This document shows, piece by piece, positions 48,631-58,579 of a stretch of 64,000 nucleotides of DNA (positions are counted from its first letter, which is position 1; each line of letters opens with the position of its first letter). The notes below the pieces were generated by a model. It saw nothing but the letters and a program-made list of their open reading frames with translations, was not told the origin of the DNA and did not search any database. The position numbers were made by a program, and so were the translations under genes. The stretch lies in the NCBI RefSeq assembly GCF_003334335.1, contig NZ_QOWQ01000021.1; one strand, given 5' to 3'. Source of the DNA: Escherichia coli (GTDB lineage: Bacteria; Pseudomonadota; Gammaproteobacteria; Enterobacterales; Enterobacteriaceae).

Positions 48631-49674
48631 TCAGCTGGCGCCATCCTGAAGCAGCGAATAGGGATTAAAGCGCATCACTTCAACCCCAAGCCATTCATTG
48701 ACATGCTTCATCGCTTCCATGACCGGTTGCAACTCGTTGATGAAAAATACCCTCGCCGCCTTCTCAACGTCACCGAACGCCGCGTTCCCGTCAGGCATTG
48801 CCCCCATCAGCTGAGGCGGTACACGGTGAGCCGCAAGGATATCGTCGCGGGCACTCCCCTTGATGTTAAGGAATTCGTCCTTCGCGGTGATTTGCTGGAA
48901 CGGCAGTATTTGCACACCATCCTTGCCGCCACCTGGCGCGTGCAGAAGGATATTGCGGAACGCCCCCTTGCCACGGGATTCCGTGAGTGTTTTCTTGATG
49001 GCTTCCACGCTTTCAGCGTTTGCCTGGGCGGCACCAACATAGACAATGCACCCGGCATGTGAACCGTTGTCATAGTAGAGCTTGCGGAACGTATCCGCTG
49101 AGTTCGACAGACTCACCGACAGCAACCCACCGATATACTCCGGCATCCCGTAGATTTCCTGGTTGATATCGGGGTTCAGAACGTGGCACACAGCCCCCTT
49201 ACGGAAAGCAAATTCAGAACCATCATCATTGAGGTACCAGTACGTATCGAGATCACTGCCCCGCCGCGTGTATTTCGCCAGCGCAGGACGAAGCGCAATG
49301 GGTTCACCGAACTTGTTGCGGCGGACTTCAAGATAGGCATTACCGAACACGAACCAGTCCAGCGCAAACGCGGAAAACGCCTGGCGGGACAGTAGCGGAT
49401 GAGGAACAAAGCAGCCGTTCAGGGCATTACGCTTAAAATACAGGGCCGACTGGTGCCATGATGCACGACGCGAGGCGCGAGCAATGGCATTCCAGTCCAT
49501 GGGGGTGTCATAGTAGCGGCCATTATCGGCGCACGACATGTTATCAAGCAGATCAAGACGGCTTGCTTCATAAGGACCGTCAAACGTGAAAGCACTGAGT
49601 GACGGCGCTGATTTCAGTGCATCAGCCAGTGAGCCCGTGCCGCGCTTTCCGGTGTATTTTTTACGTTTACTCAT
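48631..49674 (-). CDS. Q: portal protein (P2 gpQ family)
   Basis: 347 aa; position next to terminase large subunit, leftward as in P2. Confidence 0.85.
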   Translation of the reverse strand: MSKRKKYTGKRGTGSLADALKSAPSLSAFTFDGPYEASRLDLLDNMSCADNGRYYDTPMDWNAIARASRRASWHQSALYFKRNALNGCFVPHPLLSRQAFSAFALDWFVFGNAYLEVRRNKFGEPIALRPALAKYTRRGSDLDTYWYLNDDGSEFAFRKGAVCHVLNPDINQEIYGMPEYIGGLLSVSLSNSADTFRKLYYDNGSHAGCIVYVGAAQANAESVEAIKKTLTESRGKGAFRNILLHAPGGGKDGVQILPFQQITAKDEFLNIKGSARDDILAAHRVPPQLMGAMPDGNAAFGDVEKAARVFFINELQPVMEAMKHVNEWLGVEVMRFNPYSLLQDGAS

Positions 49675-49679
49675 TGTGT

Positions 49680-51458
49680 TCAGAACTCCATTGCAAAGCC
49701 ACGATTATCCTCACGCTCTGCGCCGATTGGCTCATTGATAACAGCAAGCATGGTTGCCCAGGCGAGATCACCATGACTGACACCGCGTGAGCGGTCAGTG
49801 TCATAGGTGATATAGCCGCCGGGCGTCTGTATTTTTCGCACCGATGCAAAGGCCTGTACCAGGTCGCGCTCGCTGCGGTCATACTCCCAGCGTCCGGCAC
49901 GGACCACCTGAAGCATCTTCATGACCAGCGCCCGCTTTGAAGCGATATTAAAGTTATACGGAACAGCCAGGGGGAAGAATTTTTTCACTATCTGATAAAC
50001 CCCTTCCCCGTTCCCGCCGGTGACATCAATCCCGATATGCTTCACATTGTATTTTTGGGTGTACTCCTCAATCAGGGCGGCCTGCTGTTCAAACTCCATG
50101 CCCTGAACCCTGACGGTTTCCACCGTACGAAAACGCCCACCGGCAACAAGGGGTGGCACGCACACCGACAGCGCCCCGCAGTCCCCCTTCCCGCTGCTGC
50201 CGTTGGCGTCATACCCGAGCCAGACTTCCCTCACCCCCATAGGGCGGACAGCAAAAGGCTTCCAGTCCGGCCATTCGTCATAGCCATCAACACCGCACCC
50301 GACGAGCGTATTCAGACTGAAGGCTGCCTCACCATCACGGACAAATTCGCACATGTACAGATTGCGAAATTCACTTTCTGTATTTTCGCCGCGAATATCA
50401 TCAATACTGGTGAACTGCCATCCGTTAGCGACAGCATCCTCAATGGTGACAATCTGCCGCCACGTTTTGTCGGGAAAGAGCACGCCCCTCTTCAGGTGAG
50501 CATGTGAAACATCAAACTCACTGCGTTTTGAGCGTGGCTGTTCGCTGTTCCAGCGGTCCCCCGTCCAGAACTGATACGCCTCATGCATTTCCCCCGACGG
50601 CGTCGAGAAGTAAGTGCGCGTAAGCCCTTCCAGGGTCGCCATTGCCCCGGCAACCTTCCTGAGGTTCACAAAGTTACTGACCCAGAAAAATTCGTCGAAT
50701 TTAAGATGACCGGTATAGGACTGCGCGGTGGCAGCTGACGTACCGAGGAAGTGCAGCTCCGCGCCGTTGGACAGCACGATCTTGTCGCCCCCTTTCAGCT
50801 CAACATCCACTTCCAGCGCCGCCTGCTGAATAAAATGCTTGAACTGATACGCCTGACGACGGGAGGCGGACAAAAATATCTGGTTGCGCTGACACCCGGC
50901 GGAGACGTCATCACGCAGTGCATCAAGGAGCGCCTCGCGCGCAAAATACCAGGTCGCACCAATCTGACGCGACTTCAGGATCATACGGTTGCGGTGGTGA
51001 CGGTTTTCGTACCATTCACGTTGATGCCACGCCAGCGTCGGGAGGATTTTTTCACGAAGCGCGACAATCTGTTCTTCGGTGAAGTGATTTTTCAGTCTGC
51101 GTTTACGGGGCTTTTTACCGGAAACGGCCTGTTCTCCCTGACCGTCATTCAGTTTTTTCAGCTGGCGCGTGAGAAGGTCAATTTCCTTAAAATCGCTGCC
51201 GCTTTTCTCTGTTTTTGTGGTGAGCTGGATCAGGCGCGCATCAATGGACTGGGTGACCCGCTGGATCGGAGGTGTGGCATCCCACTCATCGCGTTTTTTC
51301 CATGAGTAAATCGTGTTCTGGCTGATCCCCATCAGTTGCGAGATTTCCGCAGGTGTGTACCCTTGCCAGTAAAGTTGTCTTGCCCTTATGCGGACAAATG
51401 CATCCTGAATCATTGACGCCCCCTTGCTGTTTGATCTCAAGAGTAAACGCCCGCGCAT
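49680..51458 (-). CDS. P: terminase large (ATPase) subunit (P2 gpP family); start may be internal
   Basis: 592 aa track ORF; N-terminal HTH-like segment and downstream ATPase/nuclease regions; size matches P2 gpP. Confidence 0.85.
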   Translation of the reverse strand: MRGRLLLRSNSKGASMIQDAFVRIRARQLYWQGYTPAEISQLMGISQNTIYSWKKRDEWDATPPIQRVTQSIDARLIQLTTKTEKSGSDFKEIDLLTRQLKKLNDGQGEQAVSGKKPRKRRLKNHFTEEQIVALREKILPTLAWHQREWYENRHHRNRMILKSRQIGATWYFAREALLDALRDDVSAGCQRNQIFLSASRRQAYQFKHFIQQAALEVDVELKGGDKIVLSNGAELHFLGTSAATAQSYTGHLKFDEFFWVSNFVNLRKVAGAMATLEGLTRTYFSTPSGEMHEAYQFWTGDRWNSEQPRSKRSEFDVSHAHLKRGVLFPDKTWRQIVTIEDAVANGWQFTSIDDIRGENTESEFRNLYMCEFVRDGEAAFSLNTLVGCGVDGYDEWPDWKPFAVRPMGVREVWLGYDANGSSGKGDCGALSVCVPPLVAGGRFRTVETVRVQGMEFEQQAALIEEYTQKYNVKHIGIDVTGGNGEGVYQIVKKFFPLAVPYNFNIASKRALVMKMLQVVRAGRWEYDRSERDLVQAFASVRKIQTPGGYITYDTDRSRGVSHGDLAWATMLAVINEPIGAEREDNRGFAMEF

Positions 51459-51480
51459 TCATCCAGGTATCCGGTGCCAT

Positions 51481-51498
51481 TGTCGCCACGCTCTTACA
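51481..51498 (+). promoter_or_regulatory. candidate Ogr/Delta-type late-promoter activator site (TGT-N12-ACA)
   Basis: tgt cgccacgctctt aca about 75-90 nt upstream of the O start codon in the divergent P/O intergenic region. Confidence 0.45.
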
Positions 51499-51570
51499 AC
51501 ATCGCCGCCTTGAGGCGCAGCCATCCCCTTATCATCATGAAGAAAAGCAACCCACAGAAAGGGGATTTAC

Positions 51571-52407
51571 ATGGCAAGTAAAAACGCGCCAGTACGGAAA
51601 AAATTCCGCGTCGCCGTCTCGGGCACCACCATCGACGGGCGTGAGATTTCGGGGCTGATGTTGCGTCAGGCCGCTGAGAATTACGACCCGGAAGTGTGGG
51701 GGTCACGGGTGAACGTGGAGCACATGCTTTCACGTATGCCATCCAGTGAATTCAGTGCCGTGGGCGATGTGATTTCACTGTCCACCGAAGAAATCAGGGA
51801 AGGCAAACTGGCCGGCCGCACCGCACTGTATGCCGAAATTGAGCCCACCGACCGCATGACGCAGATGCTGAATGATGGCAAGAAAATCTACTCAAGCATT
51901 GAGCTTGAACCCAACATTGATGCCGTTGGCGGCCCTTACGTAATTGGCCTGGCAATGACCGATACCCCGGCAAGTCTCGGCACTGAACGACTGAAGTTTG
52001 CCGCCCAGCAGCGCGCCAGCATCATGCAGTTCAACAGCCGCAACGGTGAGCCAGTCATGTTCACCGAATGTATGGAAGCGGAACTCGCGGCCTCCGTACA
52101 GGACAGCACCGAAGAAAGCCAGAAATGGTTTTCGCGCGTCATGGCGCTCATCAGCAAAACCCGTGACACGGACAGCGAGCAGTTCGCTCACGTGCGCGAA
52201 GCCGTCGAGAGCATTGCCACGGAACAGGCCGGCCTTCTGGATCGCTTCCATGCGATGGAAGAGCAACAGCGCAGTGATAAGGCATCACTGGAAACCCTGA
52301 CCCGCGAACTGACTGAACTGAAGGCGCAGCTGAAAACCGAAGATGCAGACAAGGAACAGCGCTTTGCTTCAACCGGTGGCAACAGCCACGCCCTGGCTGA
52401 TTTTTAA
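51571..52407 (+). CDS. O: capsid scaffolding protein (P2 gpO family)
   Basis: 278 aa; conserved segments (F..GV.G.T.DGR.IS, Y.S.E..PN, G.Y..GLA.TD.PASLGTE.L.F) align with my recollection of P2 gpO. Confidence 0.85.
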   Translation: MASKNAPVRKKFRVAVSGTTIDGREISGLMLRQAAENYDPEVWGSRVNVEHMLSRMPSSEFSAVGDVISLSTEEIREGKLAGRTALYAEIEPTDRMTQMLNDGKKIYSSIELEPNIDAVGGPYVIGLAMTDTPASLGTERLKFAAQQRASIMQFNSRNGEPVMFTECMEAELAASVQDSTEESQKWFSRVMALISKTRDTDSEQFAHVREAVESIATEQAGLLDRFHAMEEQQRSDKASLETLTRELTELKAQLKTEDADKEQRFASTGGNSHALADF

Positions 52408-52422
52408 CTGAGGAACAAAATC

Positions 52423-53517
52423 ATGGGAAACCGCTTAACGCTTTCTCGCGAAGGTCGCAGCAATCTTGAGGCCTATCTTGCACGCCAGGCTGAACTGGCC
52501 GAAACCACCGTAGAACGACTGGGGAAAACCTTCAGCGTTGATCCGGCTGTTCATCAGAAGATGGAAAACGCCATCAAAGAGAGCGACGAGCTGCTGAAAA
52601 GAATCAACAGCATCGGCGTTGACGATCAGGAGGGTGAAAAAGTCCTGGTGAATACCAGCGGCCCCATCGCCAGCACCAACTCAACCAGTGACGGCGTGAA
52701 GCGACGCAATCCCGCTGACGTCTCTGATCTGGCATCACGTCGTTATCGCTGCGAACAGGTGAACTACGACACCTTCATCAGCTACGCACAGATTGACGCG
52801 TGGAGCAGCCAGAAAAACTTCCAGCAACTGCTGAGTGCACAAATCACCCGACAGATTGCACTGGACCGTATCATGATTGGCTTTAACGGTGAGTCGCACG
52901 CCATCATCTCCGATCGTTCTGCCAACCCGAAACTTCAGGACGTTAACACCGGGTGGCTGAAACACATCCGTGAACACGCCACGACGCGTGTCGTGAAGGC
53001 AATGACGCTGACCCGTCGCGATCATGAAAACAAACTGGTTGCAAAAGGCGACTACGGCAACGCTGACGCGATGGTTAACGACATTCGTTCTTCCGTACTG
53101 GATGAGTGGCACAAGGACGCCCCGGATCTGGTTGTTGTCATGGGCCGCAACCTGTTCAACACGCTGCGTCTGCCTATGATTAACGCCATCAGCACCACCA
53201 ACCCGAACACGGAGCTGGTCGCCGGACAGCTGATTACAGCCTCCCGCACCATTGGCGCGCTGCCGACCTTCTTTGCGCCGTACTTCCCGGACGATGCCAT
53301 GCTGATCACGTCGTTCAGCAACCTTTCGGTGTACTTCCAGAAAGGGTCACTGCGTCGCTTCATCCGTGAAGAGCCGGAGTACAACCGTATCGCCACCTAC
53401 CAGTCCATGAACGACTGCTACGTGGTGGAAGACTACGGCAAATGTGCGCTGATTGAGGGCATTTCTTTCGCCGGTGAAGATCCGGAAGACAAGGAAGAGG
53501 CAGAAGCGCAGGCGTAA
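52423..53517 (+). CDS. N: major capsid protein (P2 gpN family)
   Basis: 364 aa, directly after scaffold with SD agga before ATG. Confidence 0.85.
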   Translation: MGNRLTLSREGRSNLEAYLARQAELAETTVERLGKTFSVDPAVHQKMENAIKESDELLKRINSIGVDDQEGEKVLVNTSGPIASTNSTSDGVKRRNPADVSDLASRRYRCEQVNYDTFISYAQIDAWSSQKNFQQLLSAQITRQIALDRIMIGFNGESHAIISDRSANPKLQDVNTGWLKHIREHATTRVVKAMTLTRRDHENKLVAKGDYGNADAMVNDIRSSVLDEWHKDAPDLVVVMGRNLFNTLRLPMINAISTTNPNTELVAGQLITASRTIGALPTFFAPYFPDDAMLITSFSNLSVYFQKGSLRRFIREEPEYNRIATYQSMNDCYVVEDYGKCALIEGISFAGEDPEDKEEAEAQA

Positions 53518-53566
53518 CGCATCATGGCGGGCACATGCGCCCGCCGGTTAATCAGGAGTCGAATAC

Positions 53567-54376
53567 ATGCTGACACCGGCACAACGATACCTTCAGCGCG
53601 TGATGGCGCATCATCGGGCTGATCCATTCAGTCGCGAAGAGCAGCGAACACGAACGGCACATGAACAGGTTCTTCACCAGTTACGCCTCGCCCAGTTGCA
53701 GCTGAAGGGCGTGCAGTCGAACATCGCGAAAGCGGAGCTGAAGAAGCACCTGATACCGAATTTTGAAGGCTGGATAGACGGCACGCTGGCAGGCGACAGC
53801 GGACGCCAGGACGAAGTCATTACCACCATGATGGTGTGGGCAATTGACTGCCGGGATTATCCGCTGGCACTGCGTATCGGTGAGTACGTCATTCGTCACC
53901 GGCTGGCACTGCCGGACAACTTCGGGCGCGATTCGGCGACCGTGCTCACCGAAGAAATTGCCGAAGTTGTGCTGACAGAAGCCGCCACCAACAGCGAAAC
54001 CGACTTATCCGGCTATATCCGTATGCTGGACGAGCTGGATGCACTGGTTCACGACCAGGACATGCCGGATCAGGTTCGTGCAAAACTACATAAGGCGCGG
54101 GCATTTTCACGGCGCGCATCAGGCAGTACGGAAGACATGACTGTGTCACTTGGTCTGCTGCGTGAAGCCATGCGCATCAATCCGGCAGCGGGCGTGAAGC
54201 GTGAAATCGCCACGCTGGCCAGAAAGGTATCAAAGGTTCAGCCGGAACCGGAAAAACCGGCAGAAGAGAAAAGTAAATCGAAAGCAACATCAGGGCGCAA
54301 AAAGCCGACTACAAAAGCGACGGCCAGAAAAGCCACGAAAAAAACCGCCGCAAAACCGGCGCGCAAGGCGACCTGA
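53567..54376 (+). CDS. M: terminase small/endonuclease subunit (P2 gpM family)
   Basis: 269 aa with lysine-rich C-terminus; position after N. Confidence 0.75.
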   Translation: MLTPAQRYLQRVMAHHRADPFSREEQRTRTAHEQVLHQLRLAQLQLKGVQSNIAKAELKKHLIPNFEGWIDGTLAGDSGRQDEVITTMMVWAIDCRDYPLALRIGEYVIRHRLALPDNFGRDSATVLTEEIAEVVLTEAATNSETDLSGYIRMLDELDALVHDQDMPDQVRAKLHKARAFSRRASGSTEDMTVSLGLLREAMRINPAAGVKREIATLARKVSKVQPEPEKPAEEKSKSKATSGRKKPTTKATARKATKKTAAKPARKAT

Positions 54377-54484
54377 TAACACCGGACCCGACCTCGTCGG
54401 CAGGCGGCGCGACCGGTGATCTGATCGCTGACTCCCGGTCATTTTCACCGGTCGCCCACCGCCTGATCTACAGGAGAAGACATC

Positions 54485-54979
54485 ATGAGCATGGTAGCCA
54501 GACCCCGTGTGAACGACGCCACGGATGACACGACAGACATCGACGACGGAGAAGCGCGCATCAGTACAGACGCGTTCTGGCCGGATATCGTGCTGAAAGA
54601 GCTGCGCCTTGCCATGCGCATTCCCGGGCGCACCACCACCTCACGTCTGCTGCATTCGGCCACCGAAGCTGTGGCACATGTAACGGCAGAGCTTGACGCC
54701 TGGAAACAGAAACAGGAGGCGGCGGGACGGTCGACACTGGCGGACGTTCCGGCAGCACACATCAACGGTGAGAGCGTGAACGTGCACCGGTATCGACGCG
54801 CGGTGTATGCACTGACCCGCGCGGGCGTTCTTGAGCGTTCGCGGGATGTGGACACCACCGACAAAGGTGATCGCCGGGCCGATGCGCTGGACATGCAGAT
54901 TGAAGATATGTGGCGCGATGCACGCTGGGCAATATCCGATATTCGCGGCGTCAGACGGATTTATGCGGAGCTGATTTAA
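54485..54979 (+). CDS. L: head completion/stabilisation protein (P2 gpL family)
   Basis: 164 aa in the conserved position. Confidence 0.75.
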   Translation: MSMVARPRVNDATDDTTDIDDGEARISTDAFWPDIVLKELRLAMRIPGRTTTSRLLHSATEAVAHVTAELDAWKQKQEAAGRSTLADVPAAHINGESVNVHRYRRAVYALTRAGVLERSRDVDTTDKGDRRADALDMQIEDMWRDARWAISDIRGVRRIYAELI

Positions 54980-55179
54980 TGAAGGTAACCGCGCATGACG
55001 GCGACACCGTTGACTTACTCTGCCAGCGTCATTACGGCATGACAAAGGGCGTGACAGAGCGCGTTCTGGCTGCCAATCCGGGGCTGAGTAACACGGTATT
55101 CCTCACTGCCGGGCAGGAAGTTGAATTACCGGAAATCACACAGGAAAAACAGCGCGAAACCGTTCAGTTGTGGGATTGA
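54979..55179 (+). CDS. X: tail protein X (P2 gpX family)
   Basis: 66 aa MKVTAHDGDTVDLLCQRHYGMTKGVTERVLAANPGL...; start overlaps the L stop (TAATG). Confidence 0.7.
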   Translation: MKVTAHDGDTVDLLCQRHYGMTKGVTERVLAANPGLSNTVFLTAGQEVELPEITQEKQRETVQLWD

Positions 55180-55181
55180 TT

Positions 55182-55472
55182 ATGTTTCAGAGAATTTACG
55201 ACCACATTACGTTTTTCACATCCGTCATGGTCACCGGTATAGGGGTTATGACGCTGAGCGAGAAGATGGCGCTGGCAGGACTGATTCTGGGGGCGCTTTC
55301 ACTGCTGCGCGGATGGATGCACAGAACACGTATGGAGCAGGCACAGGAGCGGCGCAATGAGCTTATTGCACGCATTGCCGACCAGATGCAGCACCGACCA
55401 CTAAAAGGCAGCGAGAAGCGCGCTCTGGAAGCCCTGAATGCAGACGGGGAATCACATGCCAGGACAGATTAA
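55182..55472 (+). CDS. Y: holin (P2 gpY-like)
   Basis: About 96 aa from internal ATG of track ORF 55170..55472; hydrophobic helices (FFTSVMVTGIGVMTL, ALAGLILGALSLL) then charged C-terminus. Confidence 0.7.
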   Translation: MFQRIYDHITFFTSVMVTGIGVMTLSEKMALAGLILGALSLLRGWMHRTRMEQAQERRNELIARIADQMQHRPLKGSEKRALEALNADGESHARTD

Positions 55473-55995
55473 ACGCTATGCCGTTGCCGCCATCGTGGCG
55501 CTGGGTTTTTCGCTGGCCCCCGGGGAGCTGAGAACCTCACAGGAGGCACAGGAAAAAATTGCCACCTGGGAAGAGTGTCGGGCATTCCCGTACAGGGATA
55601 TCGCTGGCGTGAAAACCGTGGGTTGTGGCTCAACGGGAAACGTCCCCGACCGCCACCATACCAAACAGGAAGTTGCCGGTCGATGGGTGAACGATTTACG
55701 ACGGGCGGAGAACTGCATCAATCAGAATTTCAATGGCCGCGACATGCCACAACGCCACTTTGAGGCAATGACGGATGCTGCCTTTAATCTGGGGTGCAAA
55801 GGCCTGATGTGGTTTAAGGGGCGTGACGGGAGGATGCACAGAACAACCATCTGGAAGTTCGCTCAGGGAAAGAACTGGAGCGCAATGTGCGGCAGGCTGA
55901 CGGATTTTGTGAACAGCGGCGGACGCTATTCACAGGGGCTGTTTAACCGGCGCAATGACTTCAGGAACTGGTGTATGAACGGAGTGAAGCAATGA
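55456..55995 (+). CDS. K: endolysin (lysozyme-like, possible SAR N-terminus)
   Basis: Track ORF 55438..55995; N-terminal hydrophobic stretch RYAVAAIVALGFSLAPG then lysozyme-like domain; directly after holin. Confidence 0.75.
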   Translation: MPGQIKRYAVAAIVALGFSLAPGELRTSQEAQEKIATWEECRAFPYRDIAGVKTVGCGSTGNVPDRHHTKQEVAGRWVNDLRRAENCINQNFNGRDMPQRHFEAMTDAAFNLGCKGLMWFKGRDGRMHRTTIWKFAQGKNWSAMCGRLTDFVNSGGRYSQGLFNRRNDFRNWCMNGVKQ

Positions 55996-56426
55996 AAACA
56001 CCTGCCGTGTTGCTCTGGTTTCTTGCCACCCTGTTGCTTTGTGGCCTGACAGGCTGGGAAGCATACCGCAAAGGGAAGGAAAGTCTCGGACGGGAACAGA
56101 TGATGGACATCATAGAGGACAACCGCGCCGCCATGCAGGAAGTTCGCCATGCATACACAGACTTTTCCAGGGTGATAAACGTGATCCGCATTCTGGACCA
56201 GCAACGGATTGCAGAAGGAGAGCAACGACGTGAAGAAATGCAAAAAGACGCGCAGGGTGACACGTGTGCCAGCGCTTATCCTCCCGCTGCTGTTACTGAG
56301 CGGTTGCAGCAACACGCAGCACACATTGAAAACCAGACTCGTTTACGAGCCGGTGCCGACAGTTCTGACAAGGCAGACCCCGGTTCCGGCACTGGAAATA
56401 CCCGTGACATGGTACAGGGTGACTGA
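55992..56426 (+). CDS. i-spanin (Rz/LysB-like)
   Basis: Start overlaps endolysin stop; single N-terminal TM (MKTPAVLLWFLATLLLCGLTGW) followed by charged helical periplasmic domain. Confidence 0.7.
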   Translation: MKTPAVLLWFLATLLLCGLTGWEAYRKGKESLGREQMMDIIEDNRAAMQEVRHAYTDFSRVINVIRILDQQRIAEGEQRREEMQKDAQGDTCASAYPPAAVTERLQQHAAHIENQTRLRAGADSSDKADPGSGTGNTRDMVQGD

Positions 56427-56541
56427 ATGGAGCGATCGGCTACTGGAAGCACTCGACACATGCAACGCAGACAAGGCTGCGATCGCCTGGCTGGATAAAC
56501 AAAGAGCAGAGCGGGCGCAAGATGCGCCCCATCAGGAGTAA
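56230..56541 (+). CDS. o-spanin (Rz1/LysC-like outer-membrane lipoprotein), alternate frame overlapping the i-spanin gene
   Basis: GTG preceded by aaggag; lipoprotein signal (V)KKCKKTRRVTRVPALILPLLLLSGC; starts inside the i-spanin gene in another frame and extends past it. Confidence 0.7.
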   Translation: MKKCKKTRRVTRVPALILPLLLLSGCSNTQHTLKTRLVYEPVPTVLTRQTPVPALEIPVTWYRVTEWSDRLLEALDTCNADKAAIAWLDKQRAERAQDAPHQE

Positions 56542-56544
56542 ACG

Positions 56545-58515
56545 ATGAGCAAAAAACACTTTGAACTGATTACTGCCACCAACCGCGCAGAATTCGCTGA
56601 AAAAGTTAACAAGCGATTACAGGAAGGCTGGGAACTTCTCGGTAATGCCGGTATTGCATCAGAGCCGGGAGTCCCCTGGTATCTCATGCAGGCTATGGTT
56701 TCAGGCAGTGATGACCAGGGAGGCACCATTATCACCCCGACATCCGACAGCGAACCGGAGTGGTATTACGTTGTGGTGAGCGCTGGTCAGTCCAACTCTA
56801 TGGCATACGGTGAGGGGTTACCTCTCCCGGACAGTTACGATAAACCCGATTCGCGCATTCGCCAGCTGGCACGCCGCAGCACCGTAACCCCGAGCGGAAA
56901 AGCCTGTGCCTATAACGACATCATTCTGGCGGATCACTGCCTGCATGACGTGCAGGATATGAGCCAGTACAACCACCCGAAAGCCGACCTGAACAAAGGT
57001 CAGTATGGCTGTGTGAGTCAGGGATTGCACATTGCGAAGCGCCTGCTGCCATTTATCCCGGCAAATGCGGGGATCCTTCTGGTCCCATGCAGCCGTGGCG
57101 GTTCCGGCTTTACAACCGGTGATGCGGGGCAATTCAGCGAGATCGGCGGCGCAACTGAAAAATCCTGCCGCTGGGGAACGAACACGCCGCTGTACAAGGA
57201 TTTAATCAGCCGCACAAAAGCAGCGCTGGCGAAAAATCCGAAAAACGTCCTGCTGGCCGTCTGCTGGACACAGGGCGAGGCAGATCTTGAGAAAGAACAA
57301 AACGCCGCACAGCATAAAGATCTTTTCACAGCCATGGTGAAGCAGTTCCGGGCTGACCTGGCCGATGTTGCGAAGCAGTGCAACCAGGGCAACCCTGAAA
57401 GCGTGCCGTGGATTTGTGGAGATACCACCTACCACTGGAAAAAAACCTACGAAGCACAGTACGCAACCGTGTATGGCGGATACAAAAACAGCACTGAGAA
57501 GAATATTGTTTTTGTGCCTTTTGTTACGGATGAGTACGGGAAAAACACCCCAACAAACGAGCCGACAGAAGATCCGGATATTGCGGAAGCGGGTTATTAC
57601 GGTGCCGCATCCCGCAGTAGCGGAAACTGGGTAAGCCATCTGCGTGGAACGCACTTCAGCTCATGGGCCCGCCGGGGCATTATTGCCGATCGCATGGCGT
57701 CAGCAATCCTGCTTAACGTCGGCCGCACGCTGCCATTTATTGCGGGTACAGAGCCGGAACGCGTGGCAAAACCATCACAGGATGCACCGGGCGGCATCAG
57801 TAAGCCATCTTCACCGGAAGCAGAACAACCGGCAGTCAGACCGGGGCCGGTCACGCTCATGAGTCTGCTGGCATCATCTCCTGAACTGGAAAGCCAGGGC
57901 TGGACGCTGAGCGAAGGCAAAAACGGGGCCAACACACCAAAACAACTGAAAGACACGCTGATCGGTGATGAGGAAGCAACAGGGAAAAAAGCCCTGAAAC
58001 TGACCAAACAGGAAGGCAATACCTGGTATCTGGAGCATAAGGCCGGTAATGGTGCTGACCTTCTGAAAAATGGCGGGACTGTAAGTTGCCGATTCAAAAT
58101 CGAGGGTGAGCTGAAAAAAGACCAGTACGCAATGGCGATGTACTGGAAAACATCAGCATTACCGCAGGATGTGAAATTACTGGGGGCAGATCCAAATAAT
58201 TTATTGCTCTCATTCTTTCTTCAGACAGACAGCGCAAACCTGAATCTGATGTATCACAAAACGCCAAACGAACAACTGGGAACCTTTGGTCAGTTCAATA
58301 ACAACTGGCACACCATAGCGTTTCGTTTTGCGGGAAACAACAGCACCCAGGTAACACCGGTTCTGGATGGCGTGGACGGAAAACCGTTCATGCTTTCCAC
58401 ATCAAAAGCCGATGTTACCAACGACACGTTACGCGTGACCGATATCACGTATCGGCCGACCTATACCGTACTGATTGACAGCCTGAGCGTTGTCGTAAAT
58501 CAGCCACCGGCATAA
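56545..58515 (+). CDS. NanS-p-like prophage sialate O-acetylesterase (DUF1737 + SGNH hydrolase + C-terminal domain)
   Basis: 656 aa; N-terminal MSKKHFELITATNRAEFAEKVNKRLQEGWELLG (DUF1737-like), SGNH block VVVSAGQSNSMAYGEG, overall size as in prophage NanS-p esterases. Confidence 0.75.
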   Translation: MSKKHFELITATNRAEFAEKVNKRLQEGWELLGNAGIASEPGVPWYLMQAMVSGSDDQGGTIITPTSDSEPEWYYVVVSAGQSNSMAYGEGLPLPDSYDKPDSRIRQLARRSTVTPSGKACAYNDIILADHCLHDVQDMSQYNHPKADLNKGQYGCVSQGLHIAKRLLPFIPANAGILLVPCSRGGSGFTTGDAGQFSEIGGATEKSCRWGTNTPLYKDLISRTKAALAKNPKNVLLAVCWTQGEADLEKEQNAAQHKDLFTAMVKQFRADLADVAKQCNQGNPESVPWICGDTTYHWKKTYEAQYATVYGGYKNSTEKNIVFVPFVTDEYGKNTPTNEPTEDPDIAEAGYYGAASRSSGNWVSHLRGTHFSSWARRGIIADRMASAILLNVGRTLPFIAGTEPERVAKPSQDAPGGISKPSSPEAEQPAVRPGPVTLMSLLASSPELESQGWTLSEGKNGANTPKQLKDTLIGDEEATGKKALKLTKQEGNTWYLEHKAGNGADLLKNGGTVSCRFKIEGELKKDQYAMAMYWKTSALPQDVKLLGADPNNLLLSFFLQTDSANLNLMYHKTPNEQLGTFGQFNNNWHTIAFRFAGNNSTQVTPVLDGVDGKPFMLSTSKADVTNDTLRVTDITYRPTYTVLIDSLSVVVNQPPA

Positions 58516-58579
58516 CAATGCTTCCCAGCCATCCGGCGGGGAAGCTCGCTGACAACCGGGAAAATAAAAGGAGCAAGCC

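Noticed and set aside
48457-49062. 201 aa + strand ORF
   Set aside because: Antisense to the portal gene Q.
50037-51305. Two + strand ORFs (156 and 184 aa)
   Set aside because: Antisense to the terminase large subunit gene P.
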